A stretch of 64,000 nt of DNA, taken from NCBI GenBank assembly GCA_002269645.1, contig NIVC01001175.1, positions 124,001 to 188,000 on the forward strand. Direction: 5' to 3'. This DNA comes from Macrostomum lignano. Taxonomy: Eukaryota. Below are positions 14,318-28,365 of the stretch, piece after piece. The translations under genes and the position numbers were made by a program. The notes below the pieces were generated by a model, which did not search any database, was not told where the DNA came from, and worked only from the letters and a program-made list of their open reading frames with translations. Positions within the stretch are counted from its first letter, which is position 1; the number at the start of each line of letters is the position of its first letter.

Positions 14318-14864
14318 GCAAGACGGACCCTAACCGATGGCGTGCTGCTTTAAAAGTCCTGACTATCTTTGTGTGCATCATTCAGTTCTCAAACAAGCAG
14401 CACTGACCGTGAGCAGTGTGTTGCAGGCTACGCAGGAAGCAGTTGACAGAACAATAGGGAAGCATCTCTTAACTGGTAGCCATGGCTACCTTGAGGGAGA
14501 CGGAGAGAATGAGAGAGGGAGAGAGGGAGAGAGGGAGAGAATGAGAGAGAGAGAGAGGGAGAGAGGGAGAGAGGGAGAGAGGGAGAGTGGGAGAGAGTGG
14601 GAGAGTGGGAGAGTAGGACAGAGAGCTGCGCCTCTCCAGCCCCCCCTCCCACGTTCAACTCTGTGCATGCATCGCTTTGTCGGGTAAATGCGAAAGTGGA
14701 TCTTAGCCAAATCAGTTGCTACTTTCGCTGATGATGCATTTGACGTGAGATGGAATGAATGCAGACAATGAGTGAAGAGCATTGTGCATTAAACTTAAAT
14801 ATCAGGCAAAAAATAAAAGGCACCGCAGACACCGTAGAAACAGTTTTTAACAATCGTTGAAAAC

Positions 14865-15065
14865 CTCTCCTGACATTCACTCCGAATCTCTCCTGACATT
14901 CACTCTAAATCTCTTCTGAAATTCACTCCGAATCTCTCCTGACAGTCACTCCGAATCTCTCCTGACATTCACTCCGAATCTCTCCTGACATTCACTCCGA
15001 ATCTCTCCTGACATTCACTCCGAATCTCTCCTGACATTCACTCCGAATCTCTCAAGACCATCACT
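14865..15065. repeat. 23-bp minisatellite (ctgacattcactccgaatctctc)
   Basis: Short array at the position equivalent to 2126-2650. Confidence 0.95.
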
Positions 15066-16204
15066 CCTTTCAATTTCATCACTATCGCGATCCAGGAGAC
15101 CAACGAAGAAAATGTCCCAGTCAGAAAAGGACTTGACATTGCTAGTCCGCTATGCTAAAAATGGTTTGTCTCTAGTTCAGGTAGGTAGGTAAATCGGTAG
15201 GCGGCAGGAGCGGCACGGCGGCTTTCTCCCAGCCTGCATGGTTGCTATGACAACGTGGTAGGATGAGAGACTCCACTGTTCTCACCCAAACCGCGTGCCC
15301 CCAGCACTCAACAGTTTTGTCAGTGAACAAGCTCCCAGCTGCGTACTCAGCCCTCTGTCAGAGGCTTTGTTGGGGAATGAGTCGTTAATCCGCCGTTTCT
15401 ATGGGCAGCCTGGCAGGGCTCGCTTAACTCCCCTCCCCACTAGCAGCAGCTCCTGGCCCCTTCCATTTCCATTGCTTAGGGCTCATTAAAGACATGAAAG
15501 CTCACTAAAAGTACTTTTATTTTAGTAACTTTGCAAATGGATTGGTGTTGGCAGAAGTTTGGATGAAGTCTGTTAAAGCAGATAGTTTAAGTTGAGCCTT
15601 TACAATGTGGACTAGCAATCTGCGCCGCTCCCCTCTCTCGTGTTGGGGGAGGCAATATTATGGGGGAAAGTAATATTTTTTGAATAACCTACATGTAATT
15701 TTGTATCTTTAACAATATAATATAGTCTCAGAGATTAGCACCTCCTGTGAGCTTTGGAATCAAAGCATACCTATAGGCCATGGCTTAATCCTATCTCTCC
15801 ATTCGATTCTTGACCTACCAAAAACTTCCAAACTGACCTTTGGCATCTCACTGATCTCACATCTATGAGTCTTTTATAATTGAACCCTTTCCCTAGAACT
15901 TTGAGCAATTCCCCTCTTTAAACTTGAATCGAAAGCTACATATAAATCTAAGTGTACGCACTGAGGATCAGAAAAGTAATTAGGACACTTTCACAACTGG
16001 CACAGCAGCTCCGAAGTGGCGCGTCTGACCTGGGCTCGACTCATGACCAACTAAAGCAGGACACTGCATTCGTAACTCGTGAACCAGAGCATGGATGTCG
16101 AGTTAGTCCCGAAAAGGAAGCAATGCGCCGCTTTCACTGCTGCCTGCTGCATCCCTCCCTATAGAATCATCGAAAATCCTGTTTTTCTATCTAGACCCCA
16201 GAGG

Positions 16205-16518
16205 GAAAATAATAAATAATAATCATTGATTACACCTGTCCATATGGGAAGATGTGCAACCGACAGCTCAGCCGCTGCTATTGCGCGGCTCATCTGAAGA
16301 CTGCGTACGGCTGTTCAGTCCAATGACTGGGGGGTCGCCACACACACCCTCAGTTATCCTAGCTAATGCTGGCACCCATTTAACAGCTGGGTGAGCTGAA
16401 GCAATTGCAGAGTTAAGTGCCTTGCTCAAGGACACAACTTGTTCTAGTGGGATCGGGAGTCGGACCCCGGACCTTCAAGTCGTGAGTCCGAAGCTCTAAC
16501 CACTAGGCTAAAAACCCC
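16205..16518 (-). mobile_element. tRNA-derived SINE (family 1), duplicated with the segment
   Basis: Near-identical to 7600-7912, with the same flanks. Confidence 0.9.
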
Positions 16519-16731
16519 AGTGGTATAATATGGGATAAAAGGGGATCTATGGCAGTTTAAAGCTTCAGAACACCGGCGACAGAGTTTTTACCGGTTTTTA
16601 ACATGAGTTCCTCAATGGCATACCTACTAGGCATCCGAATGCCAAGTACTACCGAAGACTAAATCAAAAAATCCAGAATTCTGGAACATGAAATCAGTTT
16701 TTAATGTTTGGTCAATTGTAAGTCAGATTGT

Positions 16732-17003
16732 AACTGGTACTTGAAGCAGGTGGTGACGCTGCTGCCGCACTCAACGGCTAGAATTGAGCCACCAGCGATG
16801 CCCGAGTAGGTGTACACCAGGCAGGTGATGACGTGTCCCGCACCTGTTGATCAAAAAAATTCAGTTGATATTTACGACGTAATATCGAAAGACATCGATT
16901 CATTTTTCTAGCACTAGCATGCAGATCGAACAGCCGCATCTTACCAACTAGAGCGGGCCAGGACTAGAATAGCCAAGCAGTTTGAGCTGGTTGCGTGCCG
17001 CAT
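16732..17003 (-). pseudogene. Ly6/uPAR-like pseudogene fragment (exon 1 + 5' part of exon 2)
   Basis: Exon 1 (17003-16945) is 59 nt, one extra C relative to phase 1 (could be a homopolymer sequencing error). Exon 2 from 16843 reads GAGHVITCLVYTYSGIAGGSILAVECGSSVTTCFKY and is cut at about 16732 by the duplicated block. No exon 3. Confidence 0.85.
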
Positions 17004-18265
17004 TGTCAATTGCTGACTGCGAGTCACCTGATGGACAAAGTGTAGTGTTTAAAGACAAATCAAGCGATTTGTGGGAGTTCCTAAATGGAGCAGACGGCTT
17101 TAAATACACATTGACTGAATCGTGTACAGCTCGGAATTCTCCGGATTCCAGATTTCAACACTGGGAGCGAAAGGCAGGAAGCTTCACATTGAAGGTTTTA
17201 AATTTTAAAGCTAAGATCGAATTGCGCTGAAATTTTGTTGAAATACATGCAATTAAAATACAGGCTTTCGGACTGCTCCAAAACTGCTTTTAAAATCACT
17301 CGCAATGATTTACTATATAGTTTCTTGTTGCACATTAGAAAGAAGCCAAAAATCTTCCGAGCTATTCAATAAAATGCTTGAAATAATTTCTTCATGTGAA
17401 TGTCCATGATACTACTTTTGTACGCAGTAGCATGCGTGCGCAAATATTCTAGATTTGAACTGGTTTAACGGCTTTTTTCACTATAAAACTTTCACAACCC
17501 TCAGATACAAAAAATTTTCCACACCTCCACACCTCTACATCTCCATATTCTCCAGATTGGAAAAGGGGGTCCACGGACATTCGACTTTCAAGAAGCAAGC
17601 TCAGACACAAGATCTACGCAGGTACACGCACTTATGCACACGCTCACACAGGGTGTACATCGTCCCAAACTTTCAAATCGTCAGGCGAATGCGTTGTCCT
17701 ACGTTGCGTTTCATGCGCTCTCGTCCCATTTCTCTTAGGTCTTTTTGTTTGATGAGTCGCATCTGCCGGCGGCTCTCTAGCTATCTACTGTGACAGCGAG
17801 GCTCTCGCTTGAAAAGCTGGGAACAGGCCGCGAAGATCTCTAAATAAACTTACCTGAAGTGTTTCTGAATTACGTCGTATGCTGGCACTCCACTGCAGGT
17901 GGTCTTATTGTAGTTCTCTCCCTATCCAGACCTTCAATAATAAGTGACAGAAAATCTGAGGCTGTTTCATTGTTGTTAGCAACGCTGAGATTTGCAGTAT
18001 GCTTTTGTAAAAGCCTGACAGCTAGGCTAATTTCTTTTAAAGGTAGTCGCTTTCCTTAGTTTTCTACCTAAGCTTTATTGCTTCACTTAATTGAAGTATT
18101 CTTGACAGGTCTATTTTTAGCAAGAATTGTAACAGCTATTTCAGCCACGGTACAGTATTAGTTAGTACTAATATCAAGTAAGATCATGTAACATGTTGAG
18201 ATTTCACTGCATGTAGCTTACTTTTGATGGAAACAAAATCTAGATATCAATATCAATGCAGGAGT

Positions 18266-19855
18266 AAGTACAGTCTTAAGTACAGTACTCAAGTACAGCC
18301 TCAAGTACAGTACTCAAGTACAGCCTTAAGTACAGTACTCAAGTACAGCCTCAAGTACAGTACTCAAGTACAGCCTTAAGTACAGTACTCAAGTACAGCC
18401 TCAAGTACAGTACTCAAGTACAGCCTTAAGTACAGTACTCAAGTACAGCCTCAAGTACAGTACTCAAGTACAGTACTCAAGTACAGTACTCAAGTACAGC
18501 CTCAAGTACAGTACTCAAGTACAGCCTCAAGTACAGTACTCAAGTACAGCCTCAAGTACAGTACTCAAGTACAGCCTCAAGTACAGTACTCAAGTACAGC
18601 CTCAAGTACAGTACTCAAGTACAGCCTTAAGTACAGTACTCAAGTACAGCCTCAAGTACAGTACTCAAGTACAGCCTTAAGTACAGTACTCAAGTACAGC
18701 CTCAAGTACAGTACTCAAGTACAGCCTCAAGTACAGTACTCAAGTACAGCCTCAAGTACAGTACTCAAGTACAGCCTCAAGTACAGTACTCAAGTACAGC
18801 CTCAAGTACAGCCTCAAGTACAGTACTCAAGTACAGCCTCAAGTACAGTACTCAAGTACAGCCTTAAGTACAGTACTCAAGTACAGCCTCAAGTACAGTA
18901 CTCAAGTACAGTACTCAAGTACAGTACTCAAGTACAGCCTCAAGTACAGTACTCAAGTACAGCCTCAAGTACAGTACTCAAGTACAGCCTCAAGTACAGT
19001 ACTCAAGTACAGCCTCAAGTACAGTACTCAAGTACAGCCTTAAGTACAGTACTCAAGTACAGCCTCAAGTACAGTACTCAAGTACAGCCTTAAGTACAGT
19101 ACTCAAGTACAGCCTCAAGTACAGTACTCAAGTACAGCCTCAAGTACAGTACTCAAGTACAGTACTCAAGTGCAGCCTGAAGTACAGTACTCAAGTACGG
19201 CCTCAAGTATAGTACTCAAGTACAGCCTCAAGTACAGTACTCAAATACAGCCTCAAGTACAGTACTCAAGTACGGCCTCAAGTACAGTACTCAAGTACAG
19301 CCTCAAGTACAGTACTCAAGTACAGCCTCAAGTACAGTACTCAAGTGCAGCCTCAAGTACAGTACTCAAGTACGGCCTCAAGTATAGTACTCAAGTACAG
19401 CCTCAAGTACAGTACTCAAGTACAGCCTCAAGTACAGCCTCAAGTACAGTACTCAAGTACAGCCTCAAGTACAGAACTCAAGTACAGCCTCAAGTACAGT
19501 ACTCAAGTGCAGCCTGAAGTACAGTACTCAAGTACGGCCTCAAGTATAGTACTCAAGTACAGCCTCAAGTACAGTACTCAAATACAGCCTCAAGTACAGT
19601 ACTCAAGTACGGCCTCAAGTACAGTACTCAAGTACAGCCTCAAGTACAGTACTCAAGTACAGCCTCAAGTACAGTACTCAAGTGCAGCCTCAAGTACAGT
19701 ACTCAAGTACGGCCTCAAGTATAGTACTCAAGTACAGCCTCAAGTACAGTACTCAAGTACGGCCTCAAGTACAGTACTCAAGTACAGCCTCAAGTACAGT
19801 ACTCAAGTACAGCCTCAAGTACAGTACTCAAGTACAGCCTCAAGTACAGTACTCA
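18266..19855. repeat. Alternating 12/13-bp minisatellite (ctcaagtacagc + ctcaagtacagta; 25-bp dimer)
   Basis: About 1.6-kb tandem array. Confidence 0.97.
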
Positions 19856-20531
19856 CGTGCAGCCTGAAGTTATCGTATCATTTTAAAGAGATTTTTTAGA
19901 GTCCACCATAGATCTTGTTTATGATCTTTGGAGTCCACTAACTAATCTAGCGCGATCGCCGTCTTTATTGTCTATGGCCACGACTTGCTAACCCCGTCGC
20001 TCTGTTTACAGAACCAACCTTCGCGAATATTTCATGAAAATATCGGCTGTTATCCTCTATGATATTTAAACGGCACCCTCTGATTTCCAATTTACGCCCT
20101 TAAACATGGGTATTAATATACTATTGACAGAAAATAACAAATTAAAAATAAAAAGAATAAATTAAAGACGAAAAACAGATCTATTGTGCCTTTCAGGTCT
20201 AATCTATTAAGAAAAACTGTGATTTTTGTCAAATGAAGGATCAACTTTATTTAATATCTATGAAATAGCGGTAGTCTCTATAGCGCACACAGATTGATCA
20301 TCTAAAAACATTTATTGTGCTACAGAAGTACTTTGATTAAATACGAGTCGTACTTATAAAAAACTTATCAAAATCATCAAGGTTTTGTTGTCGAAATTAG
20401 TTCATAAAAAAAGAGAAATTAAAGAGTGTAAACTTTCGGGCAACTGGTCAGCTGGTACAGTGTTCCCTACAGACTCTGATGAAGAGTATTGTTAAATCTG
20501 CAATTTGCGGTCGCACATGCAGTTGAATTGT

Positions 20532-21076
20532 TTAGAAGCTGCGCAGCATAGCGGCGATCAGGAGCGGCAGAGCCAGCGTCAGCGGCACGGCGGCGCGCAC
20601 GGCACCGAAGGCGGAGTTGCACTGGTCGCTGGCGCAGGCAGAGCAGCCGTACGAGGATGGCAAGAGGCTGCTGCACGTGCCACAGCCGCCGACGTATTGC
20701 TGCAAAAGAGAATTCAGTGCAAGCAGCAGGTCAGCCATTTTGATAGATTAGAAGGCTTGAACTACTAATGTAACTGCCTACCGTGCCGGTGTACGATTCC
20801 GCGAAAGTGATGCTCGATGCCGCTGTCGTAGTGGTGACGGAGTACTTGAAGCAGGTGGAGTAGCTGCTGCCGCACTCCAGAGCCAAGGGAGTGCCACCGG
20901 TGATGCCGCTGTAGCTGTACACCAGGCACTTGATGGCCTGGCCAGCGCCTGAGGGAGTGACGAAGGTGAAACGGTGCGAGTCCCGCAGTGCAACTCAAGC
21001 ACAACTTCCCTAATCACTTACCGATCATGGAGGCCAGGACCAGCAGTCCCAGGCAGATGTAACTGGACTTGTTCAT
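20532..21076 (-). CDS. Secreted GPI-anchored Ly6/uPAR (three-finger)-like protein, 129 aa, apparently intact; exons 21076-21022, 20948-20782, 20699-20532
   Basis: Signal peptide MNKSSYICLGLLVLASMIG. Same intron phases and same 168-nt last exon as the 12494-13081 gene. 8 Cys ending CSACASDQCN. GPI-type tail SAFGAVRAAVPLTLALPLLIAAMLRSF*. Confidence 0.9.
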
Positions 21077-21171
21077 ATCGGTGCTGCTTGGTAAAGCTTG
21101 ACTGATTCTGGGCGATTAATAGATGCAGGAGAAGGCGCGCTCTGGAGCGGAGAAGCGCGAGTTTGGGCGGC

Positions 21172-21179
21172 TTTATATA
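21172..21179 (-). promoter_or_regulatory. TATA box candidate for the 20532-21076 gene
   Basis: TATATAAA on the minus strand about 96 nt upstream of the ATG, in a GC-rich context. Confidence 0.5.
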
Positions 21180-21765
21180 GACTTGCTGGGGCGGCACGCT
21201 CCCGCGGGAAAACGTGCGGCTGAGGGTGGGTTGGTCAGAGACTGCAAATCCTGCGTTTTAGGGCAGGTTGGGGTGTAGGGTAGAGTCTTAGGGCCCTGTT
21301 AGTAGCACCTTTGTATCTTCTTACTCCGTTGCTACCGCGTTCCTAGCAACTGGCGCAACCCCTCCTCCTACTTAAATGCTTTGATTGTGTGAGAATGCTT
21401 TGATGCTTTGATACTTTGAACACAACCACTACGTCTGCGCTACGGGGCCAGAGAGAAGTGGGTGAGGGGATGAAGAACGCCTTGAGTGCAGATAGCAGGC
21501 ATTTTTAAAATGAAAAAATGAATACTTGCACAATGCCGCGAGAAACACAATACCGCTGGGCCAAAACTTTCTTATTAGGGGGGGGGGGGTTGGCTGAGAT
21601 TGAATACTACTGGCATTGGATACCATGGCAACGCAACTTCTCTTCTGTATTCTCTGCTCCCTCTCTGCTGTCTGCCTCTCTTTTACTCATTCTGTGAGTC
21701 TTTTAATCTCTTCCAAAGGCGCATTGCTGTCGAAGTAGTTTAGCCATTCTCAAAACTAGTTTGAC

Positions 21766-23874
21766 AATCACTTCGATCTGTATGAGGATCACTCCAATCT
21801 GTGTGGGAGAGTCACTCCAATCTCTGTGTGAGAATCACTCCAATCTGTGTGAGAATCACTCTAATCTCTTTGTGAGAATGACTCCAATCTGTGTGGGAGA
21901 ATCACTCCAATCTCTGTGTGAGAATCACTCCAATCTGTGTGAGAATCACTCTAATCTCTTTGTGAGAATGACTCCAATCTGTGTGGGAGAATCACTCCAA
22001 TCTCTGTGTGAGAATCACTCCAATCTGTGTGAGAATCACTCTAATCTCTTTGTGAGAATGACTCCAATCTGTGTGGGAGAGTCACTCCAATCTCTGTGTG
22101 AGAATCACTCCAATCAGTGTAAGAATCACTCCAATCTCTGTGTAAGAATCACTCCAATCTCTGTGTCAGAATCACTCTAATCTGTGTGAGAATCACTCTA
22201 ATCTCTTTGTGAGAATGACTCCAATCTGTGTGGGAGAGTCACTCCAATCAGTGTGAGTCGTGTGAGAATCACTTCAATCAGTGTGAGAATCGCTCCAATC
22301 TCTGTAAAAGAATCACTCCAATCTCTGTGTGAGAATCACTCCAATCTGTGTGAGAATCACTCCAATCTGTGAGAATGAGATCTAGAGTGTGAGAATCACT
22401 CTAATCTCTTTGTGAGAATGACTCCAATCTGTGTGGGAGAGTCACTCCAATCTCTGTGTGAGAATCACTCCAATCAGTGTGAGTCGTGTGAGAATCACTC
22501 CAATCAGTGTGAGAATCACTCCAATCTCTTTGTGAGAATGACTCCAATCTGTGTGGGAGAATCACTCCAATCTGTGTGAGAATCACTCTAATCTCTTTGT
22601 GAGAATGACTCCAATCAGTGTGAGAATCACTCCAATCAGTGTGAGAATCACTCCAATCTCTGTGTGAGAATCACTCCAATCTGTGTGAGAATCACTCTAA
22701 TCTCTTTGTGAGAATGACTCCAATCTGTGTGGGAGAGTCACTCCAATCTCTGTGTGAGAATCACTCCAATCAGTGTGAGAATCACTCTAATCTCTGTAAA
22801 AGAATCACTCCAATCTCTGTGTGAGAATCACTCCAATCTGTGTGAGAATCACTCCAATCTCTGTGTCAGAATCACTCCAATCTCTGTGTGAGAATCACTC
22901 CAATCTGTGTGAGAATCACTCTAATCTCTTTGTGAGAATGACTCCAATCTGTGTGGGAGAGTCACTCCAATCTCTGTGTGAGAATCACTCCAATCAGTGT
23001 GAGTCGTGTGAGAATCACTCCAATCAGTGTGAGAATCACTCCAATCTCTGTAAAAGAATCACTCCAATCTCTGTGTGAGAATCACTCCAATCAGTGTGAG
23101 TCGTGTGAGAATCACTTCAATCAGTGTGAGAATCGCTCCAATCTCTGTAAAAGAATCACTCCAATCTCTGTGTCAGAATCACTCCAATCTCTGTGTGAGA
23201 ATCACTCCAATCTGTGAGAATGAGATCTAGAGTGTGAGAATCACTCCAATCAGTGTGAGAATCACTCCAATCTCTGTAAAAGAATCACTCCAATCTCTGT
23301 GTGAGAATCACTCCAATCTGTGTGAGAATCACTCTAATCTCTTTGTGAGAATGACTCCAATCAGTGTGAGAATCACTCCAATCTGTGTGAGAATCACTCT
23401 AATCTCTTTGTGAGAATGACTCCAATCTGTATGGGAGAGTCACTCCAATCTCTGTGTGAGAATCACTCCAATCTGTGTGAGAATCACTCCAATCTGTGTG
23501 TAAGAATCACTCTAATCTGTGTGTAAGAATCACTCCCAATCTCTGTGTGAGAATCACTCCAATCTGTGTGTGAGAATCACTTCAATCTGTGTGTAAGAAT
23601 CACTCACAATCTCTGTGTGAGAATCACTCCAATCTGTGTGAGAATCACTCCGATATGTATGTGAGAATCCTCCAATCTGCGTGAGAATCACTCCAATCTG
23701 TGTGAGAATCACTCCGATGTGTATGTGAGAATCCTCCAATCTGCGTGAGAATCACTCCAATCTGTGTAAGAATCATTCCAATCTTCGGGAGAATCACTCC
23801 AATCTCTGTGTGAGAATTACTCCAATCTGTGTGTGAGAATCACTCCAACCTGCCTGAGAGTCACCCCAATCTGT
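21766..23874. repeat. 21/23-bp composite minisatellite (gagaatcactccaatct[ct]gtgt)
   Basis: About 2.1-kb tandem array with higher-order units. Confidence 0.97.
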
Positions 23875-25898
23875 ATAATATATAAATGTAAAATCTGTAT
23901 AAAATTTCTATAATGACACACGGAAGCAGTTTAACCGATATATTGTTTTATAATTTGTAGCTAGCTGTTCCATTGTTACCTAATATGAACTCGTACCTTA
24001 TTAGCCTTATGGCAATGCTATTGCTATATTTTATTTAGTAAATTTGTTTTTTTGTTGAATTCAGATTCTGTTGACTTGCTAGAAGTTGTGGAAGGCATGA
24101 CTGTAGCTTGCAGTTGTTAATTTAGAATGGAGAAAGGAGAACCCTTTTTAAAGACCATAGGCCTACTAGTGAGGTGGGGGGGAAGATTTAAAATTTGAAA
24201 GTTGGTAATTTTGAAAAGTTGGGTCTCTTCGAAACCGAACGGCGTTGAGTTCGCACGAATTAAATCCGGAAAATCGCGCAGACGAATCACAACGAGTTTT
24301 CTCCTTTGTTACTCCGACAGCCGGGTTCCTCAAGTCCGGGGGGAGGGTAGTCGTCGTCGTAGCAGAGCGGTCATTAGAGTGGCACGGTCGTTCAGATGAT
24401 AGACACCGTAGATTTTGAATTAGACGTTGAATTCGCTGAATTGCTTACTGTCAGTAGGGTAGAGCTGCCACCACCGTAATTTACGTATTACGGAACGTTG
24501 AAGTCTCAGACTTTCTTTGAGTTGAGAACTTGGTTGTTTTACGCCCCACGGGCAAATGACAATATAGACTAACGAGGCTTCAGTTAATTGATAAGAAAAT
24601 TAAACAGCACTTATTAAGGTTTATTAAGTTTAACGGCGAGTAAATGTTAATGGTTGACACACGATGGAATCTAGTGATTATTAATGCGACAGAGTGCTAA
24701 ATTTGGAACGGCGAGACTGAACCGACGTGCCGGGGTGCTAAATTATTACCACAAAATCCAAAATCCTAAGCTTAATTAATGAGCGGATAAACGAAGTTTC
24801 CGAAGCAATAGAAGGAAAAGTTAAAAGTGGAAAAAGTGGAAAAACAAGAGCAAGAGAGAGCGAGGGCACAGCGAAAGCATGCTTGAACACTAAAATTTCC
24901 CATACATTAAATATTGAGCCAAAATTGTATGGGCATCAATTGGGATAAGCAAAGGCCAACACTGGGGCCATAACCGGAACCTAACAGTGGTACATTGATT
25001 GGCACAACAAAATAATAGACAAAAATTAGACACAAGTAAATGAGAGCACGGGGGTGGGGCCACAAGGGGGACCCCAGACGGGAAAGAACAGACCACACAA
25101 GGGCGCAACAGCGGGACCAACCAAAGGGGCAAACCCGGGAACAGGAGATGGCGGGACTACGTCATTTCACCTCATGGTGGACAAAGTGGGCCAAAACCCA
25201 GGAAACAACACAAAAACACCGTGGTAGCCCCACCTACCACACTAGCTTAAAAGCTTTGTTACGTCCTGATACAACGCCAACTTTTAGTGGTCCTTGCGCG
25301 CAAGCGTGTTTAGGACTCACCGGAAGTGAGAGCGTTTCCGCCTCCGCCCCCGCCAGCAGCCAGAAGAACGTCGGAGTCGAGCTCGGGGCCGGCCGCGTAC
25401 ACGAACGAACCTATTTGTGATGCTTGCATTTCGAGTCCAGATGGAGACAAAAATTGGGATCCAAACCACAAGTGGTCTTCTTTAGTTTCGTCTTACTGTC
25501 GAATAACAACTTCATTGATATACTTCAGGAATGTATGATAGAAGCGTTTTCGGTTTGGATCTTTATCGGAATAAGTGTATCTCAATGAAAATATCTGACT
25601 CACGGATACCCTACATACCCTGGCGCACAATGAATTAAGACCACCAAGTAAAATTATTTATTTCCCATACTGGTCTTTAAACTAAGTTCGTGTGCTAAAT
25701 TGTAAGCAAAACTTGTAGGAAAATTGCTTTATGCTATTTGTATAGTATTTTGGTTCAATTTCCAGCAGTTTTTATTTTTAGTTCAAAAACTGATATTTGA
25801 ATGGGAAGTACAGCTTTAGGTTAAACATAGTAATAAGACCATGTATAAATACTAGGGAAATAAGTAAAGCAACCGTCACTGTTATCCAACTAACTACT

Positions 25899-26425
25899 CT
25901 AATACTTTGTAGCATGTCCTTTTGACTTAATCACAGCACTGCACCGCCTAGGCATGCTGTACACCAGCTTCTGGCACACTTCTGCCGCAATGGCAGTCCA
26001 CGAGTCCTCAATGATGCGGTACAGCTGATCAAGAGAAGCTGGCTACTGCCTCTGGATGTCTCACTCGACCCAGTTCTCAGATTATCAATCGGATTGAGGT
26101 GTGGTGACTGCGCTGGCCAGTCCATGGTGCGGAGTTTGTTCTCAACAAGCCGTGCCTTCACAAGCTTGGGGGTGTGCTTTGGATCGCTGTCCTGTTGAAA
26201 CTGCCAGCTGTTCACTGCACCCAGTGGCAGCACATCTGCTGCCTCTGGTAGGTGGCTGCCAAGGATGTCACGGCACTTCGGACTGTCCATGATGCCCTCA
26301 ATGCGAGATATTGACCCCGGTCCAGCTCTGGAGAATGCAGCCCACACCATGACATTGCCACCTCCATGCTTCATGGTACCAACGGTGCACCTGGGATCGA
26401 ATTCCTGACCAGCTCGGCGGCGCAC
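25899..26425 (-). mobile_element. Tc1/mariner transposase 3' fragment (DD34E-type), inactive
   Basis: KHGGGNVMVWAAFS, WQFQQDSDPKHT, WPAQSPHLNPIDNL, then after a frameshift LVYSMPRRCSAVIKSKGHATKY*. Confidence 0.92.
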
Positions 26426-26439
26426 ATACTGGCGGCCAT

Positions 26440-28365
26440 CAGAACCGTGCGGGAAAATTTTCTCTCGTCACTCCAGATGGCCTCGGCCCAGTCCTGGGGT
26501 GTCCAGCTTGCATGCTGCTTCGTATCGGAGACCGAGCCTCATTACGCAATGATAGAACTTGAACTGCTGGCTGCTGCTGCTTGGGCAGCGAAGAAATGCC
26601 GTCTTTTTCTCGAATGATTGAAACACTTCAAAATAGTAATCGATCATAGACCGCTGGAGCCGATCTTAAATAAGTATACTTTGGACCAAATCGATAATCC
26701 AAGGTTGCAGCGACAGCGCCAGAAGTTAGACTGTTTCAGACTGTTTCCAGTATACAGCCAGATGGATTAAAGGCAGTATTCACAAGGACGCAGATGCACT
26801 ATCAAGGGCCCCAGTGGATCAGGCTAAGAGTGATGATGAAATTGCAGAGGATCACAAGGAGAGTCTTACTCTAGCCATTAACGAGTTGTCTGCTTCGGAC
26901 AGTAAAGTACTGCAAGTGTCCAAAAGCGATTCCGAATATCAAGAACTGAAGTTGATGATTCTCGATGGATTTCCTGACGAGAAAGATAATTTTCCGCTGT
27001 CTCTGAGGCCATACTGGAGCATGCGTGAGAATTTCGCTGTTGAAGCAAAACTAATACTAGTTGGAAAGAGATTATTGATACCGAAAGAGATGAGACGAGA
27101 AGTGCTCGAACACCTGCTAAGTATGCACCACGGAGCAGCAAAGATGAAGGAGAGAGCGCGCCTGTCGTTTTATTGGCCTGGCATTGACAACGACATTGTG
27201 AATGTAGCAAAACACTGTGTAAGATGTCAAGAGAATCTTCCGAGTCAGCAGAAGGAGCCAATGTTTAGGGGAGAAGAGCCCGATAGAGTGTTCCAGCCCC
27301 TTCACATTGATCTGTTCGAATTTGGAGGGAAGAGTTTCTTGGTAACAGCCAATGGCAAGTCCGGATGGGTGAGACTCGACAGTCTGGGTTCTCACGCGCC
27401 AACATACAAAATTATAAATTACCTGAGGCAGAGATTTTGCCAGAAAGGAGTTCCCGATGTCATTTGGAGCGACAACGGACCGCAGTTCACGGCAAAGCCA
27501 TTCCAGCGATTCCTGGAGCGATGGGAAGTTGAGAGTCGGACGTCATCTCCAAGGTATCCGCAAAGTAACGGAAAGGCGGAGGCCGCAGTAAAGGCCATGA
27601 AAAAAACTGATGAGAGGCAGCTGGAACTCCATCTACGTGAGCCAGACTGGGACAAACTGAGCAAAGGACTCCTGATCTACATCAACTCACCTCGATACGA
27701 TGGCCGATCACCAGCACAAATAGTGTTCTGACACCCAGTCAAGGACACATTACCAATTCATCGGCGTGCATTTGCCAAAGAGTGGCAACAAGCAGCTGAC
27801 GAAGTAGAAGCAAGGGCAATTTCCAAGCACGAGAAGGTGAAACAGCACTACAACACGTCTGCAAAGGAGTTACCGAAATTGAAGGTGGCTGATCGCGTGG
27901 CAATTCAAGACTCACAGACCAGGAAATGGGACCACTACGGAGTGATCGTTGAGGTAATGCGCAACAACGACTTCCTAGTCAGACTAACCAGCGAAAGAGT
28001 TCTACGTAGGAACCGGAGGTTTCTGGCGAGGCGATTGCCCATGATGGTTGAGAACCGACAAAGGAAGCCAGAACCACAAGGCGCAGGACTAGGGACCAGT
28101 GGAATCGAATAGAATGAACCTCGTTGCAGCCGGCGAATCAGGAGACCCCCGGAGAGGATCCAAGCCGATCCCCGCAAAAAGTCCTATACGTGAACAATTT
28201 AATTTGAAAAGGGGGTATGAGGGCTGCTGACTTTAAAGGGGGAGATGTTGTATTGTTGTCTGTTGTCTATGTTATACCCAAGAAATACGAGCGTATATCG
28301 TATTGAGCTCGAGCTCTCAAGTGAGAGAGCTAAGTTTTTCTGTTCGCTCAACTCGCATCGCAACA
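26440..28365 (+). mobile_element. Ty3/gypsy LTR retrotransposon 3' half: RNase H, integrase, PPT, 3' LTR; degenerate
   Basis: RNase H-like YAMIELELLA...DHRPL...NPRLQR; ADALSRAP; HHCC zinc finger HHG...YWPGIDNDI...CVRC; integrase core IDLF...SDNGPQF...PQSNGKAEAAVK; C-terminal LRRNRRFL. Several stops and frameshifts. Confidence 0.93.
28246..28365 (+). repeat. Putative 3' LTR (120 bp) preceded by a polypurine tract
   Basis: PPT aaagggggaga at 28235-28245, immediately followed by TGTTG...CAACA termini. No second LTR in the window. Confidence 0.7.

Larger units (their letters stand above)
14318..16730. repeat. Segmental duplication, copy 2 (equivalent to 1461-3298 joined to 7127-8118)
   Basis: Collinear with both copy-1 blocks but lacks the roughly 3.8-kb transposon-containing interval 3299-7126. 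Confidence 0.95.

Noticed and set aside
17600-18060. Minus-strand open stretches with a gtaagt donor near 17855
   Set aside because: Interrupted by stops and not similar to the Ly6-like genes or any family I recognise.
24890-25540. Possible LINE 3' UTR or small gene
   Set aside because: The composition is suggestive but there is no diagnostic motif; left uncalled.
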